Shown: positions 20,933-29,754 of the stretch, one piece after another
Layout: each line of letters opens with the position of its first letter
How positions within the stretch are numbered: the first letter of the stretch is position 1
The notes under the pieces: model-generated
Told to the model about the DNA's origin: nothing
The model's input: only the letters and a program-made list of their open reading frames with translations
Databases searched by the model: none
DNA from: Bacteroidota bacterium
GTDB lineage: Bacteria > Bacteroidota > Bacteroidia > SXHM01
Assembly (NCBI GenBank): GCA_947478465.1
Contig: CANJWH010000001.1
Span: 27,447-91,446 of the forward strand
DNA length: 64,000 bases
Direction: 5' to 3'
Program-made: the position numbers and the translations under genes

Positions 20933-21568
20933 CTACAAAAATGGATTATTTTCCTTTTCAAAGCCAATGGTTGTTTCGGGTCCATGACCAGGATATACCG
21001 TAACATCGTTACCCAGCAGAAATAATTTCTCTTTAATGCTGCTGATAAGTGTATCAAAATTTCCTCCGGGGAGATCAGTTCTGCCTATGCTTCCACGAAA
21101 AAGTACATCGCCACCAATTACAAACTTTTGCTCGTTGTTATAAAAACACAAACTGCCTGGTGAATGTCCCGGAGTAAAAAGTATTTCTAGTGAACTGTTG
21201 CCAAATTTTATCACGTCATTTTCATCAATAAATTTAGCAGGTGCGGGCGGCTTTTCCAAACGAATTCCAAAAATGGCGGCAGCTCTTTCTGCACTGTCAA
21301 AAACAGGTAGTTCAATTTTATTAGTTTCAGAAATAAGATTATAGCGTTCCGAAACGTATTTACAACCGAGAATATGATCGATATGACAATGTGTAAGGAT
21401 TAGCCTTACCGGGTTGAGGTTTTCATTTTCAATAAATGTTGAAAGTTCTGCCTGCTCAAGTGGGCTGTAACATCCTGGATCGATGATAATGCACTCTTTT
21501 GTTTCGTCATGCAAAACGTAGGTGTTTTCCTGAAAAGGATTAAAAGCAAAAGATGAAATTTGAATCAT
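20933..21568 (-). CDS. MBL-fold metallo-hydrolase (glyoxalase II-like)
   Basis: THCHIDH metal-binding motif. Start set at the internal ATG (MIQISSF…) because the upstream extension has no homology-like character. Confidence 0.75.
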   Translation of the reverse strand: MIQISSFAFNPFQENTYVLHDETKECIIIDPGCYSPLEQAELSTFIENENLNPVRLILTHCHIDHILGCKYVSERYNLISETNKIELPVFDSAERAAAIFGIRLEKPPAPAKFIDENDVIKFGNSSLEILFTPGHSPGSLCFYNNEQKFVIGGDVLFRGSIGRTDLPGGNFDTLISSIKEKLFLLGNDVTVYPGHGPETTIGFEKENNPFL

Positions 21569-21635
21569 GGGTTGCAAATTTAGGTTTTGCGGGTGATATG
21601 TTTGAATTCTTTTGTCTTTATATCTTTGGCTGCAA

Positions 21636-22559
21636 ATGCGAAAACAATCAATAACAAATTTATCTCTTCCTGATTTCAGCAAAACTACAACGATTGATCA
21701 GGTTGGAGTGGAGGAACGCGTTGCGCGGTTTCAGACGCGCAGCATAAAAAAAGAAAGCAAAGTGCAGGGTTTGAAACTTGCATTAAACATGATTGACCTC
21801 ACTACTCTGGAAGGAAAAGATACAGAAGGAAAAGTAAAACAACTTTGTTATAAAGCAGCACATCTGCACGATATTATGCATGGTATTCCTACCGTTGCAG
21901 CAGTTTGTGTTTATCCGACTTTTGTAAAACTTGCAAAAAAACAATTAGAGGGAACAGGAATAAAAGTTGCATCCGTTGCAACTGCATTCCCAAGCGGACA
22001 ATCAACACGAAAAGTAAAAATAAGTGACACTCATTTTGCAGTGGATAATGGCGCAGATGAAGTGGATATGGTAATTTCACGCGGTGAGTTTCTGGAAGGA
22101 AATTACAGTTATGTGTTTGATGAAATTGCTGCCGTAAAAGAAGCCTGCGGTGCTGCACGACTGAAAGTAATCTTAGAAACAGGTGAGCTTTCAACACTGG
22201 ATAATGTGCGGAGAGCGAGTGAAATAGCGATTTATGCTGGGGCTGATTTTATAAAAACTTCCACCGGAAAAATTTCTCCTGCAGCCACGCAACCAGTAAC
22301 ATTGGTGATGCTGGAAACCATCCGCGATTACTATTACAAAACCGGAAAAATGGTGGGAATGAAACCCGCAGGAGGAATTTCAACTGCAAAAATTGCATTG
22401 CAATATCTAGTGATGTTAAGAGAAACATTAGGAGACAAATGGCTTACCAACGAATGGTATCGCTTTGGGGCAAGCAGCCTGGCAAATGATATTCTTATGC
22501 AATTGCAAAAAGAACAGGACGGTGTTTATCAAAGCGGAGATTATTTTTCAAAAGACTAA
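21636..22559 (+). CDS. deoC: Deoxyribose-phosphate aldolase
   Basis: Aligns with E. coli DeoC from LKLALNMIDLTTLEG through the FIKTSTGK Schiff-base lysine. The N-terminal start (21612 TTG vs 21636 ATG vs later GTG) is uncertain. Confidence 0.8.
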   Translation: MRKQSITNLSLPDFSKTTTIDQVGVEERVARFQTRSIKKESKVQGLKLALNMIDLTTLEGKDTEGKVKQLCYKAAHLHDIMHGIPTVAAVCVYPTFVKLAKKQLEGTGIKVASVATAFPSGQSTRKVKISDTHFAVDNGADEVDMVISRGEFLEGNYSYVFDEIAAVKEACGAARLKVILETGELSTLDNVRRASEIAIYAGADFIKTSTGKISPAATQPVTLVMLETIRDYYYKTGKMVGMKPAGGISTAKIALQYLVMLRETLGDKWLTNEWYRFGASSLANDILMQLQKEQDGVYQSGDYFSKD

Positions 22560-22562
22560 ACG

Positions 22563-24047
22563 ATGGCAACAACAGCAGAAAAGAAAAAACAAAATTCACT
22601 CGGATTGGGTGATTCAAAATGGGCGTATGCTCCTTCACCGGAAAGCACTTCGCACATCAATCTGAAAAAGCAATACGAACTTTTTATTGATGGGAAATTT
22701 GTAAAACCATCATCCGGAAAATATTTTGACACCATTAATCCTGCAACAGAAGAAAAGCTTTCTTCCATTGCTGATGCGGATGAAAAAGATGTGGACAAAG
22801 CAGTGAAAGCTGCACGCAAAGCTTATGATAAAACGTGGAGCAAGTTGCCTGCAAAAGAACGCGGAAAATACATTTATCGCATTGCCCGTCTGCTTCAGGA
22901 GCGTGCTCGTGAGTTCAGTGTTATAGAAACGCTGGATGGAGGAAAACCGATTCGCGAATCACGCGATATTGATATTCCGCTGGCAGCAAATCATTTCTTT
23001 TACTATGCCGGGTGGGCTGATAAACTGGAGTATGCTTTTCCTAACCGCAAGCCGCAGTCATTGGGCGTTGCGGGACAAATTATTCCCTGGAATTTTCCGT
23101 TGCTGATGGCTGCATGGAAAATTGCTCCCGCTCTCGCAACCGGCAACACGGTGGTTTTAAAACCTGCTGAAACAACTTCGCTTACTGCATTGAAACTTGC
23201 CGAACTGATTGCCGACAGCGGTTTGCCTGATGGCGTGGTGAACATTGTTACTGGTGCGGGGCGCACCGGAGCGGCAATTGTGAATCATCCGGATATTGAT
23301 AAAATTGCTTTCACCGGCTCTACCGATGTGGGCAAACTAATTCAGAAAGCAATTGCCGGAACAGGGAAAAAAGCAACTTTAGAATTAGGCGGAAAAGCCG
23401 CCAACATTATTTTTGAAGATGCTCCGATTGACCAAGCTGTGGAAGGAATTGTGAACGGAATATTTTTTAATCAGGGACACGTTTGCTGCGCGGGCTCACG
23501 TCTGTTTGTTCAGGAGGGTGTGGCTGATATTGTTATCCGAAAACTGAAAGACAGATTGGAAACATTGATTGTTGGCGACCCGCTTGATAAGAACACCGAC
23601 ATTGGTGCAATAAATTCAAAACAACAACTCGCTACCATCAATAAATACATTGAAATTGGTAAAAAAGAAGGCGCTGATTTTTACCAGAGCAAGTGTAGTA
23701 TCCCGAGCAAAGGATATTTCTGCAGACCTACTTTATTTCTGAATGCATCACAAAGTCATCGTGTAGTGCAGGAAGAAATTTTTGGACCTGTTCTGACCGT
23801 TCAGACTTTCAGAACTGTTGAAGAGGTGATTGAAAAAGCAAACAACATTCCTTATGGTTTATCTGCGGGTGTGTGGACAGATAAAGGTTCCAAGATTTTT
23901 AACCTCACCAATAAACTTCGTGCCGGGGTTGTGTGGGCAAATACCTACAATAAATTTGACCCTGCTTCACCTTTCGGGGGCTACAAAGAAAGCGGTTTTG
24001 GTCGCGAGGGCGGGTTGCACGGGTTGATGCCGTATCTGAAGTTTTAG
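22563..24047 (+). CDS. NAD(P)-dependent aldehyde dehydrogenase family protein
   Basis: 494 aa. ELGGKA and catalytic Cys context (FFNQGHVCCAGSR) typical of the ALDH family. Confidence 0.85.
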   Translation: MATTAEKKKQNSLGLGDSKWAYAPSPESTSHINLKKQYELFIDGKFVKPSSGKYFDTINPATEEKLSSIADADEKDVDKAVKAARKAYDKTWSKLPAKERGKYIYRIARLLQERAREFSVIETLDGGKPIRESRDIDIPLAANHFFYYAGWADKLEYAFPNRKPQSLGVAGQIIPWNFPLLMAAWKIAPALATGNTVVLKPAETTSLTALKLAELIADSGLPDGVVNIVTGAGRTGAAIVNHPDIDKIAFTGSTDVGKLIQKAIAGTGKKATLELGGKAANIIFEDAPIDQAVEGIVNGIFFNQGHVCCAGSRLFVQEGVADIVIRKLKDRLETLIVGDPLDKNTDIGAINSKQQLATINKYIEIGKKEGADFYQSKCSIPSKGYFCRPTLFLNASQSHRVVQEEIFGPVLTVQTFRTVEEVIEKANNIPYGLSAGVWTDKGSKIFNLTNKLRAGVVWANTYNKFDPASPFGGYKESGFGREGGLHGLMPYLKF

Positions 24048-24054
24048 TATTAAT

Positions 24055-24146
24055 CATCAACGAATAACGTATCTTTTACGAATATACGAATGAAGTCTGC
24101 CGAAGGGCATTCGTTAATTCGTATTTTTCATTCGTTATTCGTTGAT
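24055..24146. repeat. Palindromic element of repeat family C: four ACGAAT hexamers on the left arm, four ATTCGT hexamers on the right arm
   Basis: atcaacgaataacg…acgaatatacgaat … attcgttaattcgt…attcgttattcgttgat. The outer 14-mers are perfectly complementary. Confidence 0.55.
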
Positions 24147-24153
24147 ACAATTC

Positions 24154-24161
24154 TATCTTTG
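24154..24161 (+). promoter_or_regulatory. Candidate -7 box TATCTTTG for lepA (near-leaderless)
   Basis: CTATCTTTGCGCCCC 15-mer, identical to the one before mnmG. ATG lies 10 nt downstream. Confidence 0.4.
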
Positions 24162-24171
24162 CGCCCCGAAA

Positions 24172-25980
24172 ATGAAAAACATCCGCAATTTCTGCATCAT
24201 AGCCCATATTGACCACGGCAAAAGCACGCTGGCCGACCGTCTGCTTGAATTTACCAACACCATTAACAAGCGCGATATGCAGGCGCAGGTGCTTGACGAC
24301 ATGGACCTGGAGCGCGAGCGCGGCATCACCATTAAGAGCCACGCGATACAAATGCAATACACGTATCGTGGGGAAAAACCTGAATATAAAGGGCAGTCGT
24401 TTACGCTGAACCTGATTGATACTCCCGGACACGTTGATTTTTCATACGAAGTTTCGCGCTCACTGGCTGCCTGCGAAGGCGCTCTTTTATTGGTTGATGC
24501 CTCACAAGGTATCCAGGCGCAGACTATCAGCAACATGTACCTGGCGCTGAACAACGATCTGGAAATTATTCCCGTGTTGAATAAAATTGACTTGCCGAGC
24601 GCCAACCCTGAGGAAGTAAAATTTCAGGTGGTGGATTTATTGGGTTGCAAACGCGAGGAGATTATGGTAGCATCGGGCAAAACCGGTGATGGAGTTTTTG
24701 AAATTCTGGACGCTGTTATTGAGCGCATCCCGCATCCCAAGGGCGACCCGAAAGCTCCTTTGCAGGCGCTGATTTTTGATTCGGTTTTCAATTCTTTCCG
24801 CGGAATTATTGCTTACATCCGTGTGTTTAACGGCACGCTGAAAAAAGGCGACCTTGTAAAATTTGCTGCTACTGATCACCAGTATAATGCTGACGAAACA
24901 GGTGTTTTAAAATTAACTCCCGAGCCTAAAAACACATTGGGGCCGGGCGAAGTAGGCTATATTATTTCCGGTATAAAAAAGGCAAGTGAGGTAAAAGTGG
25001 GCGACACGGTTACCCATGTTGACCGCCCCTGCGAAAAAACAATTCAGGGTTTTGAAGATGTGAAGCCAATGGTGTTTGCGGGTATTTATCCCGTTGATAC
25101 CGATGACTACGAAGAGCTGCGCGACAGCATGGAAAAACTGCAACTCAATGATGCTTCGCTTACGTGGGAGCCCGAGAGCAGTGCCGCACTGGGCTTTGGT
25201 TTCCGTTGCGGATTTTTGGGTATGCTGCACATGGAAATTATTCAGGAGCGGTTGGAGCGCGAGTTTAATATGACGGTGATTACCACCGTTCCCAACGTAT
25301 CGTACCATTCGTTTAACACCAAAATGGTGAAGACGGTGTTACGCAATCCCAGCGAGTTTCCCGACCCTTCAAAATTAGATCACGTTGAGGAGCCTTACAT
25401 TCTTGCAACCATTATTACCAAGAGCGAATACATTGGCGCTATCATGGGCCTGTGCATGGAAAAGCGCGGCATTCTCAAGAACCAAACGTATCTGACTACC
25501 GACCGTGTTGAGTTGATTTTTGAACTTCCACTGGCGGAAATAGTTTTTGATTTTTACGATAAACTGAAAAGTATTTCGCGCGGTTATGCCTCGTTTGATT
25601 ATAACCCATTAGACTACCGCGAATCGGATTTGGTGAAGCTGGATATTTTATTGAATGGCGAGCAGGTGGATGCGCTATCGGCTTTAATTCACAGAAGTAA
25701 AGCACACGAATTCGGACGCAAAATTTGCGAGAAACTGAAAGAGCTTATTCCAAAACAGCAATTCCAGATTGCGATACAGGCGGGTATTGGTGCAAAAATT
25801 GTTGCCCGCGAAACCATTTCGGCTTTACGTAAAGACGTTACTGCCAAGTGTTATGGTGGTGATATTTCGCGTAAACGCAAACTGTTGGAAAAACAGAAAG
25901 AAGGTAAAAAACGTATGCGTCAGGTAGGCTCGGTTGAGATACCACAGAGTGCGTTTATGGCGGTACTGAAGCTGGATTAG
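24172..25980 (+). CDS. lepA: Translation elongation factor 4
   Basis: [23 protein letters not shown]-domain and LepA-specific C-terminus. The track ORF start at 24142 is trimmed to the conserved MKNIRNF. Confidence 0.95.
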   Translation: MKNIRNFCIIAHIDHGKSTLADRLLEFTNTINKRDMQAQVLDDMDLERERGITIKSHAIQMQYTYRGEKPEYKGQSFTLNLIDTPGHVDFSYEVSRSLAACEGALLLVDASQGIQAQTISNMYLALNNDLEIIPVLNKIDLPSANPEEVKFQVVDLLGCKREEIMVASGKTGDGVFEILDAVIERIPHPKGDPKAPLQALIFDSVFNSFRGIIAYIRVFNGTLKKGDLVKFAATDHQYNADETGVLKLTPEPKNTLGPGEVGYIISGIKKASEVKVGDTVTHVDRPCEKTIQGFEDVKPMVFAGIYPVDTDDYEELRDSMEKLQLNDASLTWEPESSAALGFGFRCGFLGMLHMEIIQERLEREFNMTVITTVPNVSYHSFNTKMVKTVLRNPSEFPDPSKLDHVEEPYILATIITKSEYIGAIMGLCMEKRGILKNQTYLTTDRVELIFELPLAEIVFDFYDKLKSISRGYASFDYNPLDYRESDLVKLDILLNGEQVDALSALIHRSKAHEFGRKICEKLKELIPKQQFQIAIQAGIGAKIVARETISALRKDVTAKCYGGDISRKRKLLEKQKEGKKRMRQVGSVEIPQSAFMAVLKLD

Positions 25981-25988
25981 TTTTTTTC

Positions 25989-26006
25989 ACCACTAAGGGC
26001 ACTAAG
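25989..26006. repeat. Dispersed repeat family A copy (ACCACTAAGGGCAC(A/T)AG)
   Basis: The same 17-mer occurs at 27026-27042 and 39315-39331, with inverted copies at 39359-39375 and a degenerate one at 42122-42150. Confidence 0.5.
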
Positions 26007-26089
26007 TTTTATTTTTTCTGATTTTAATCATTCTCCCGTTTTTTAAGGTGTTGCACCTTTGCGGTGTTTTATAACACAAAGCACACTTT

Positions 26090-27013
26090 ATGAAAAAAAT
26101 ATTTGCATTTATTGTTATTGCGGCTGCTCTGGTTAGTTGCAAAAAAGAGAAAAGCGGAAACATGAATTTTTCCATGCACTACACCACCTCGCCCGATGTG
26201 TTTAAAACTGAAGTTGTGCCCGATAGTTTATACACCGGTTTTGGTGATTACATAACCAGTGTAACTCCCTCCCATTTCTCTGGAAAATTCAGGATGCTGG
26301 GCTTTCAGGATGCTGTTAGTCCGATAGACCAAAACACGAATATGCTGCTGTTTATTGATGGCAGTATGTCGAATGATGACCCCGCACGTATTGCCGATTT
26401 TTCAAACAACGCGGTGGTTAGTTATTCACCAAATATCCAGGGCCTTCAGGATAACGATGGCCTGTTTAGGGCTGAGCAGATAAACTTTATTTATTTTTAT
26501 TTTGATGCCTATTATTTTTATCAGGAGGTTGCCTTGCCTGCGCAATATGATACTGTAACCATTGCTATGTTTAACCGCAGCTATGGCAATGGCAACTTTA
26601 ATTACCGCAGCGATTCGGTTAAGGTTAACAACATACTTAAGGTAGATTATTACCCGCTTATCAGCAATGTGTTTAATGACGAAAACTACTGGCCTCAGTC
26701 TTATGTTTTTGGTAATTGCGATTCAACTTTTCTTTTTAATACCGAGCGTAATAATGTACCCAATTCGGCTAACTGGCCCTTTGGAGGCTATACCCATGAA
26801 TCAATAATCCGCAGCAATAACTATAACATGGCAACGGTAAACACTCCTACCGAAGGCGAAACGGTTAACATGACATCAACCGTTGGTTTTGATACCCAAA
26901 ACCTGATTCAGATTTATGCCGGTGCCGATAACATCCCTTACAACAGTGATGATGTGTTTGTTTATGCGCCCAATTTTTGGGAACGGATACAGGCTAATCT
27001 GGTGGTGGAATAG
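26090..27013 (+). CDS. Hypothetical lipoprotein
   Basis: 307 aa. Lipobox …ALVSC at residues 15-18; no recognised domain. Confidence 0.55.
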   Translation: MKKIFAFIVIAAALVSCKKEKSGNMNFSMHYTTSPDVFKTEVVPDSLYTGFGDYITSVTPSHFSGKFRMLGFQDAVSPIDQNTNMLLFIDGSMSNDDPARIADFSNNAVVSYSPNIQGLQDNDGLFRAEQINFIYFYFDAYYFYQEVALPAQYDTVTIAMFNRSYGNGNFNYRSDSVKVNNILKVDYYPLISNVFNDENYWPQSYVFGNCDSTFLFNTERNNVPNSANWPFGGYTHESIIRSNNYNMATVNTPTEGETVNMTSTVGFDTQNLIQIYAGADNIPYNSDDVFVYAPNFWERIQANLVVE

Positions 27014-27025
27014 GGTTTATATTTT

Positions 27026-27042
27026 ACCACTAAGGGCACAAG
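27026..27042. repeat. Repeat family A copy
   Basis: ttaccactaagggcacaagaacac, immediately after the lipoprotein stop. Confidence 0.5.
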
Positions 27043-27126
27043 AACACTAAGGTTTTTTACCTCAAAGGCGCTAAGATTTTAAATCCTCTGTGTAACTCTT
27101 TATCTTCTCTGTGCCCTCTGTGTTAA

Positions 27127-27154
27127 AACCCTTCGACTATGCTCAGGGTGACAA
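27127..27154. repeat. Repeat family B copy (ACCCTTCGACTATGCTCAGGGTGACAAT)
   Basis: 27 of 28 identical to 4547-4575. Confidence 0.55.
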
Positions 27155-27159
27155 TCTTC

Positions 27160-27504
27160 TTACTTCCCAATCTTCTCCCAATACTTATCCCGCTCCTCTC
27201 CTACCCTTTTCAGTTCTTTTTTCAGGGCTTCAATTTCTTTAAGCAATTCTTTTTCGCGGGCGGTGGGGCGCACGTGTTCGGGTAATAATTCAAGGTAATA
27301 TTCAAACAGATTTTCGCCCAAAAAATCGCTGAGGGCAAGCAGTACTGAGGGGCGCACATCGCGGGTGCGCAGGTTGCTGTGCAAATAATTCGAACTTTTT
27401 TTCAGCTTCCGGCTTATAGCGTTAAGCGATGTGCCTTTGTATTTTGCCCAGTTGCGGGCTATTGCAGGCATATCTGGCAATTCTTTTTTGGTTTTTAGCG
27501 GCAT
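27160..27504 (-). CDS. Small HTH (XRE-like) DNA-binding protein with C-terminal coiled coil
   Basis: 114 aa. GTSLNAISRKLKKSSNYLHSNLR resembles an XRE-type helix-turn-helix. The ATG sits 11 bp from the first iteron. Confidence 0.5.
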   Translation of the reverse strand: MPLKTKKELPDMPAIARNWAKYKGTSLNAISRKLKKSSNYLHSNLRTRDVRPSVLLALSDFLGENLFEYYLELLPEHVRPTAREKELLKEIEALKKELKRVGEERDKYWEKIGK

Positions 27505-27514
27505 GATTTATAAA

Positions 27515-27672
27515 TTGTAATGAGCGGTAAAGAAATTGTAACGGGCGGTAGCATTTTTGTAACGGACGGTATAAAATTTATAACGGGTGGTATATAAACA
27601 ATAACGCAGGAACGAGAAATTGCAACATGGAGTTGAGATAGTGTAAAGCATGTTCAATCTATTGTAACATTG
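27515..27672. repeat. 21-bp phased direct-repeat (iteron/operator-like) array, consensus TTGTAACGGGCGGTA
   Basis: Good copies at 27515, 27536, 27557 and 27578 (spacing exactly 21 bp). Degenerate copies at 27599, 27620 and 27662. Confidence 0.65.
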
Positions 27673-27676
27673 CCTT

Positions 27677-27714
27677 AAAAAAGCCCTTTGCAACTATGTG
27701 CAAAGGGCTTTTTA
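27677..27714. terminator. Bidirectional intrinsic terminator (perfect 16-bp stem)
   Basis: aaaaaagccctttgca-actatg-tgcaaagggcttttt, A-run and T-run on opposite sides. Located 3' of the 311-aa gene. Confidence 0.7.
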
Positions 27715-27720
27715 GTGTGT

Positions 27721-28656
27721 TTAACCTATGGTAACTTTATAAGTGCCGGGTGTGCCGGTGGGGTTTTGCACCACCAGTTCGTTACCTGCCGGTGCCATAG
27801 CGCCAAAGGTAGTTTCCAGCGGGGTGCCGGGCATTACGTTTACCCATCCGCCTTGTATCATTCCGCTTATGGCTAAAGCAAACTGCAGTTGCGTACCCGA
27901 TACTTCAAATTTAACGGGAGTAGCTGCATTGTAGGTTATTTCGGCTACCTTTTTTTGTGCTCCGGGGTTTACACCTTCTTCATACACATCGCCTCCTCCC
28001 CCGCTTGGGTTATCGTCAATGGCGCGGGCCAGCTGATATTCTTCCCACAGCGCAACGGTGGCGGCATTGTTGCGATAGCTGTTCACATATCCGTCAAGTT
28101 TTTCAAGCAGTTTGCGGCTTTCGGCAATGCCGCGATCAACATCATTGCCGGCAACGGTTTTGGCTTCAATGGCATCTTTAACTTCGGGTATGGCGGTGAA
28201 GTAAGTAATGGTTAGTGCAGGCAGGTCGGCAATATCGCTTGCGGCAACATTATAGCCCGGCAGCGCAGCAAGCACAACGGGTGTAAGGTAGGTGTTAAGG
28301 TACTGAGCCTTTTGCTGCAATTCGGTATCCTGCATTTTTTTAAGGTCGCTTTTGGTATAATTTACCTTGTTTGCAAGTGTGTTGTTATTATTGTCTTCGG
28401 CATAAGAGTGTATACCGTTAGCTACATTATACATAACGGTTTCAAGCGCCTGACGGGTTTGCTGCTTGTCTTCGGCAACACCCGTAGTGTTTTCGGTGGC
28501 GCGGCCTGCGGCTTCAATAATAATTTGGATTTGTGCATCTAAAAGCGCTTTGGTTGGCGCAATTTGCATGTGGCTTGAGTAAGCCGCTGCATTGTCTTCA
28601 AGGTTGTCTTGCACCTTGAGCAGCATGTTTAAAAATGCTTGCTGTGTGTCATTCAT
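27721..28656 (-). CDS. Hypothetical protein (311 aa): helical N-terminal region, Gly linker, beta-rich C-terminal domain; no recognised family
   Basis: Clean ORF with its own terminator. No signal peptide or TM; SGGGGD linker near residue 225. Confidence 0.55.
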   Translation of the reverse strand: MNDTQQAFLNMLLKVQDNLEDNAAAYSSHMQIAPTKALLDAQIQIIIEAAGRATENTTGVAEDKQQTRQALETVMYNVANGIHSYAEDNNNNTLANKVNYTKSDLKKMQDTELQQKAQYLNTYLTPVVLAALPGYNVAASDIADLPALTITYFTAIPEVKDAIEAKTVAGNDVDRGIAESRKLLEKLDGYVNSYRNNAATVALWEEYQLARAIDDNPSGGGGDVYEEGVNPGAQKKVAEITYNAATPVKFEVSGTQLQFALAISGMIQGGWVNVMPGTPLETTFGAMAPAGNELVVQNPTGTPGTYKVTIG

Positions 28657-28674
28657 AAGATGAGGTTTTTGGGG

Positions 28675-29025
28675 TTAGTTTTCTGGTTTGTTTAGTTGAT
28701 TGGTATTAGAAAGTTTAATTTTAATTTCTTCAAGATCAGACAAGACTTGCTTCATAAATTGATCAGAAAAAACAATCCTGGTCTCTGCTACAACATTCAG
28801 CGGGTTTTCGGATTCAAAAACCGTTTTTTTCGAATCTGGAAAATCAATCGAAAAATCATGTCTGATGATGTTACCTATGCGTTCTATCATTTCTTCAGGC
28901 GGGTTGTGGGTTGCAAGCAGGCGGTCAAAAGTCTTTTTATCAATTTTCAACTTCTTGTAAATAAATGCCTTTGACACACCAAATTCTTCTATTCTTTCCC
29001 TGATTATTTTTCCGCGGTGTTCCAT
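28675..29025 (-). CDS. HTH XRE-like transcriptional regulator (116 aa)
   Basis: IRERIEEFGVSKAFIYKKLKIDKKTFDRLL is a helix-turn-helix signature near the N-terminus. Confidence 0.55.
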   Translation of the reverse strand: MEHRGKIIRERIEEFGVSKAFIYKKLKIDKKTFDRLLATHNPPEEMIERIGNIIRHDFSIDFPDSKKTVFESENPLNVVAETRIVFSDQFMKQVLSDLEEIKIKLSNTNQLNKPEN

Positions 29026-29086
29026 TTTCGGAACAAAAATACCGCAGCACCTTAGGCTTTATTGAACACCGGGCAGGCGAAAGTGA

Positions 29087-29131
29087 CCCATTAATGGGGA
29101 GCGTGAGAAGAAAAAATACCCCTTTATGGGG
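29087..29131. promoter_or_regulatory. Two operator-like sites CCCATTAATGGGGA / CCCCTTTATGGGGA 31 bp apart upstream of the HTH gene
   Basis: The first is a perfect 12-bp palindrome (cccattaatggg). Both sit in the 5' region of the minus-strand gene that ends at 29025. Confidence 0.35.
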
Positions 29132-29203
29132 AATTGAGAAAAAGGCCGGTGCTGTTGAGGCAATTAGCGCTACGGCAAAAAAACCGATATTTGCCCACCA
29201 ACA

Positions 29204-29238
29204 TTCGTATATTCGTAATTCATTCGTTATTCGTTGAT
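29204..29238. repeat. Half-element of repeat family C (four ATTCGT hexamers) overlapping the ybeY start
   Basis: attcgt-at-attcgt-aattc-attcgt-t-attcgt-tgat has the same architecture as the right arm of 24055-24146. Confidence 0.45.
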
Positions 29239-29671
29239 GATAAACTTCTTCACCCAAGACATAAAATTTACCCTGAAGAACAAAACAAAAGTTCGTCAGT
29301 GGCTAACCACCGTTGCCAAAAAAGAAGGCGCCCAAATAGCCGAACTCAACTACATTTTTTGCAGTGATAATTACCTGCTGGATCTGAACAAAAAACATTT
29401 GAACCATAACACACTTACCGATATAATTACGTTCGATACGGCTGTCACTTCGAGCGTAGTCGAGAAGCAAATAACCGGAGACATTTTTATAAGCATTGAA
29501 AGAATAACCGAAAACGCAGAAAAATTCAATGTTTCACGTGAGTACGAGCTGCACCGTGTAATGGTACACGGCCTGCTTCACCTCCTCGGCTACAAAGACA
29601 AAAAACCTGCAGATAAAGCCCAGATGACGGGCAAAGAAGATTTTTATTTAAAGAAAGTCCATAGTCGATAG
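29234..29671 (+). CDS. ybeY: rRNA maturation endoribonuclease YbeY
   Basis: 145 aa. HGLLHLLGYKD zinc-binding H-x-H motif. Confidence 0.85.
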   Translation: MMINFFTQDIKFTLKNKTKVRQWLTTVAKKEGAQIAELNYIFCSDNYLLDLNKKHLNHNTLTDIITFDTAVTSSVVEKQITGDIFISIERITENAEKFNVSREYELHRVMVHGLLHLLGYKDKKPADKAQMTGKEDFYLKKVHSR

Positions 29672-29739
29672 ACCACAGTTAAAAGGCAGCCAACCCAAAA
29701 CCATGGACCATCGACTATGGACTATGGACTTGATTTTCC

Positions 29740-29747
29740 TATCTTTG
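29740..29747 (+). promoter_or_regulatory. Candidate -7 box TATCTTTG for mnmG
   Basis: CTATCTTTGCGCCCCC, 8 nt before the ATG. Same 15-mer as at lepA. Confidence 0.4.
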
Positions 29748-29754
29748 CGCCCCC

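Noticed and set aside
21612-21635. TTG start at 21612 for deoC
   Set aside because: The candidate -7 box TATCTTTG (21621-21628) lies downstream of that start, so 21636 ATG or a later start is more plausible. Left as uncertain.
27508-27693. 61-aa ORF (MQRAFLRQCYNRLNMLYT…TVRYKNATARYNF) on the minus strand
   Set aside because: It is read straight through the 21-bp direct-repeat array, which explains the periodic TxRYK peptides. This is a repeat artefact, not a gene.
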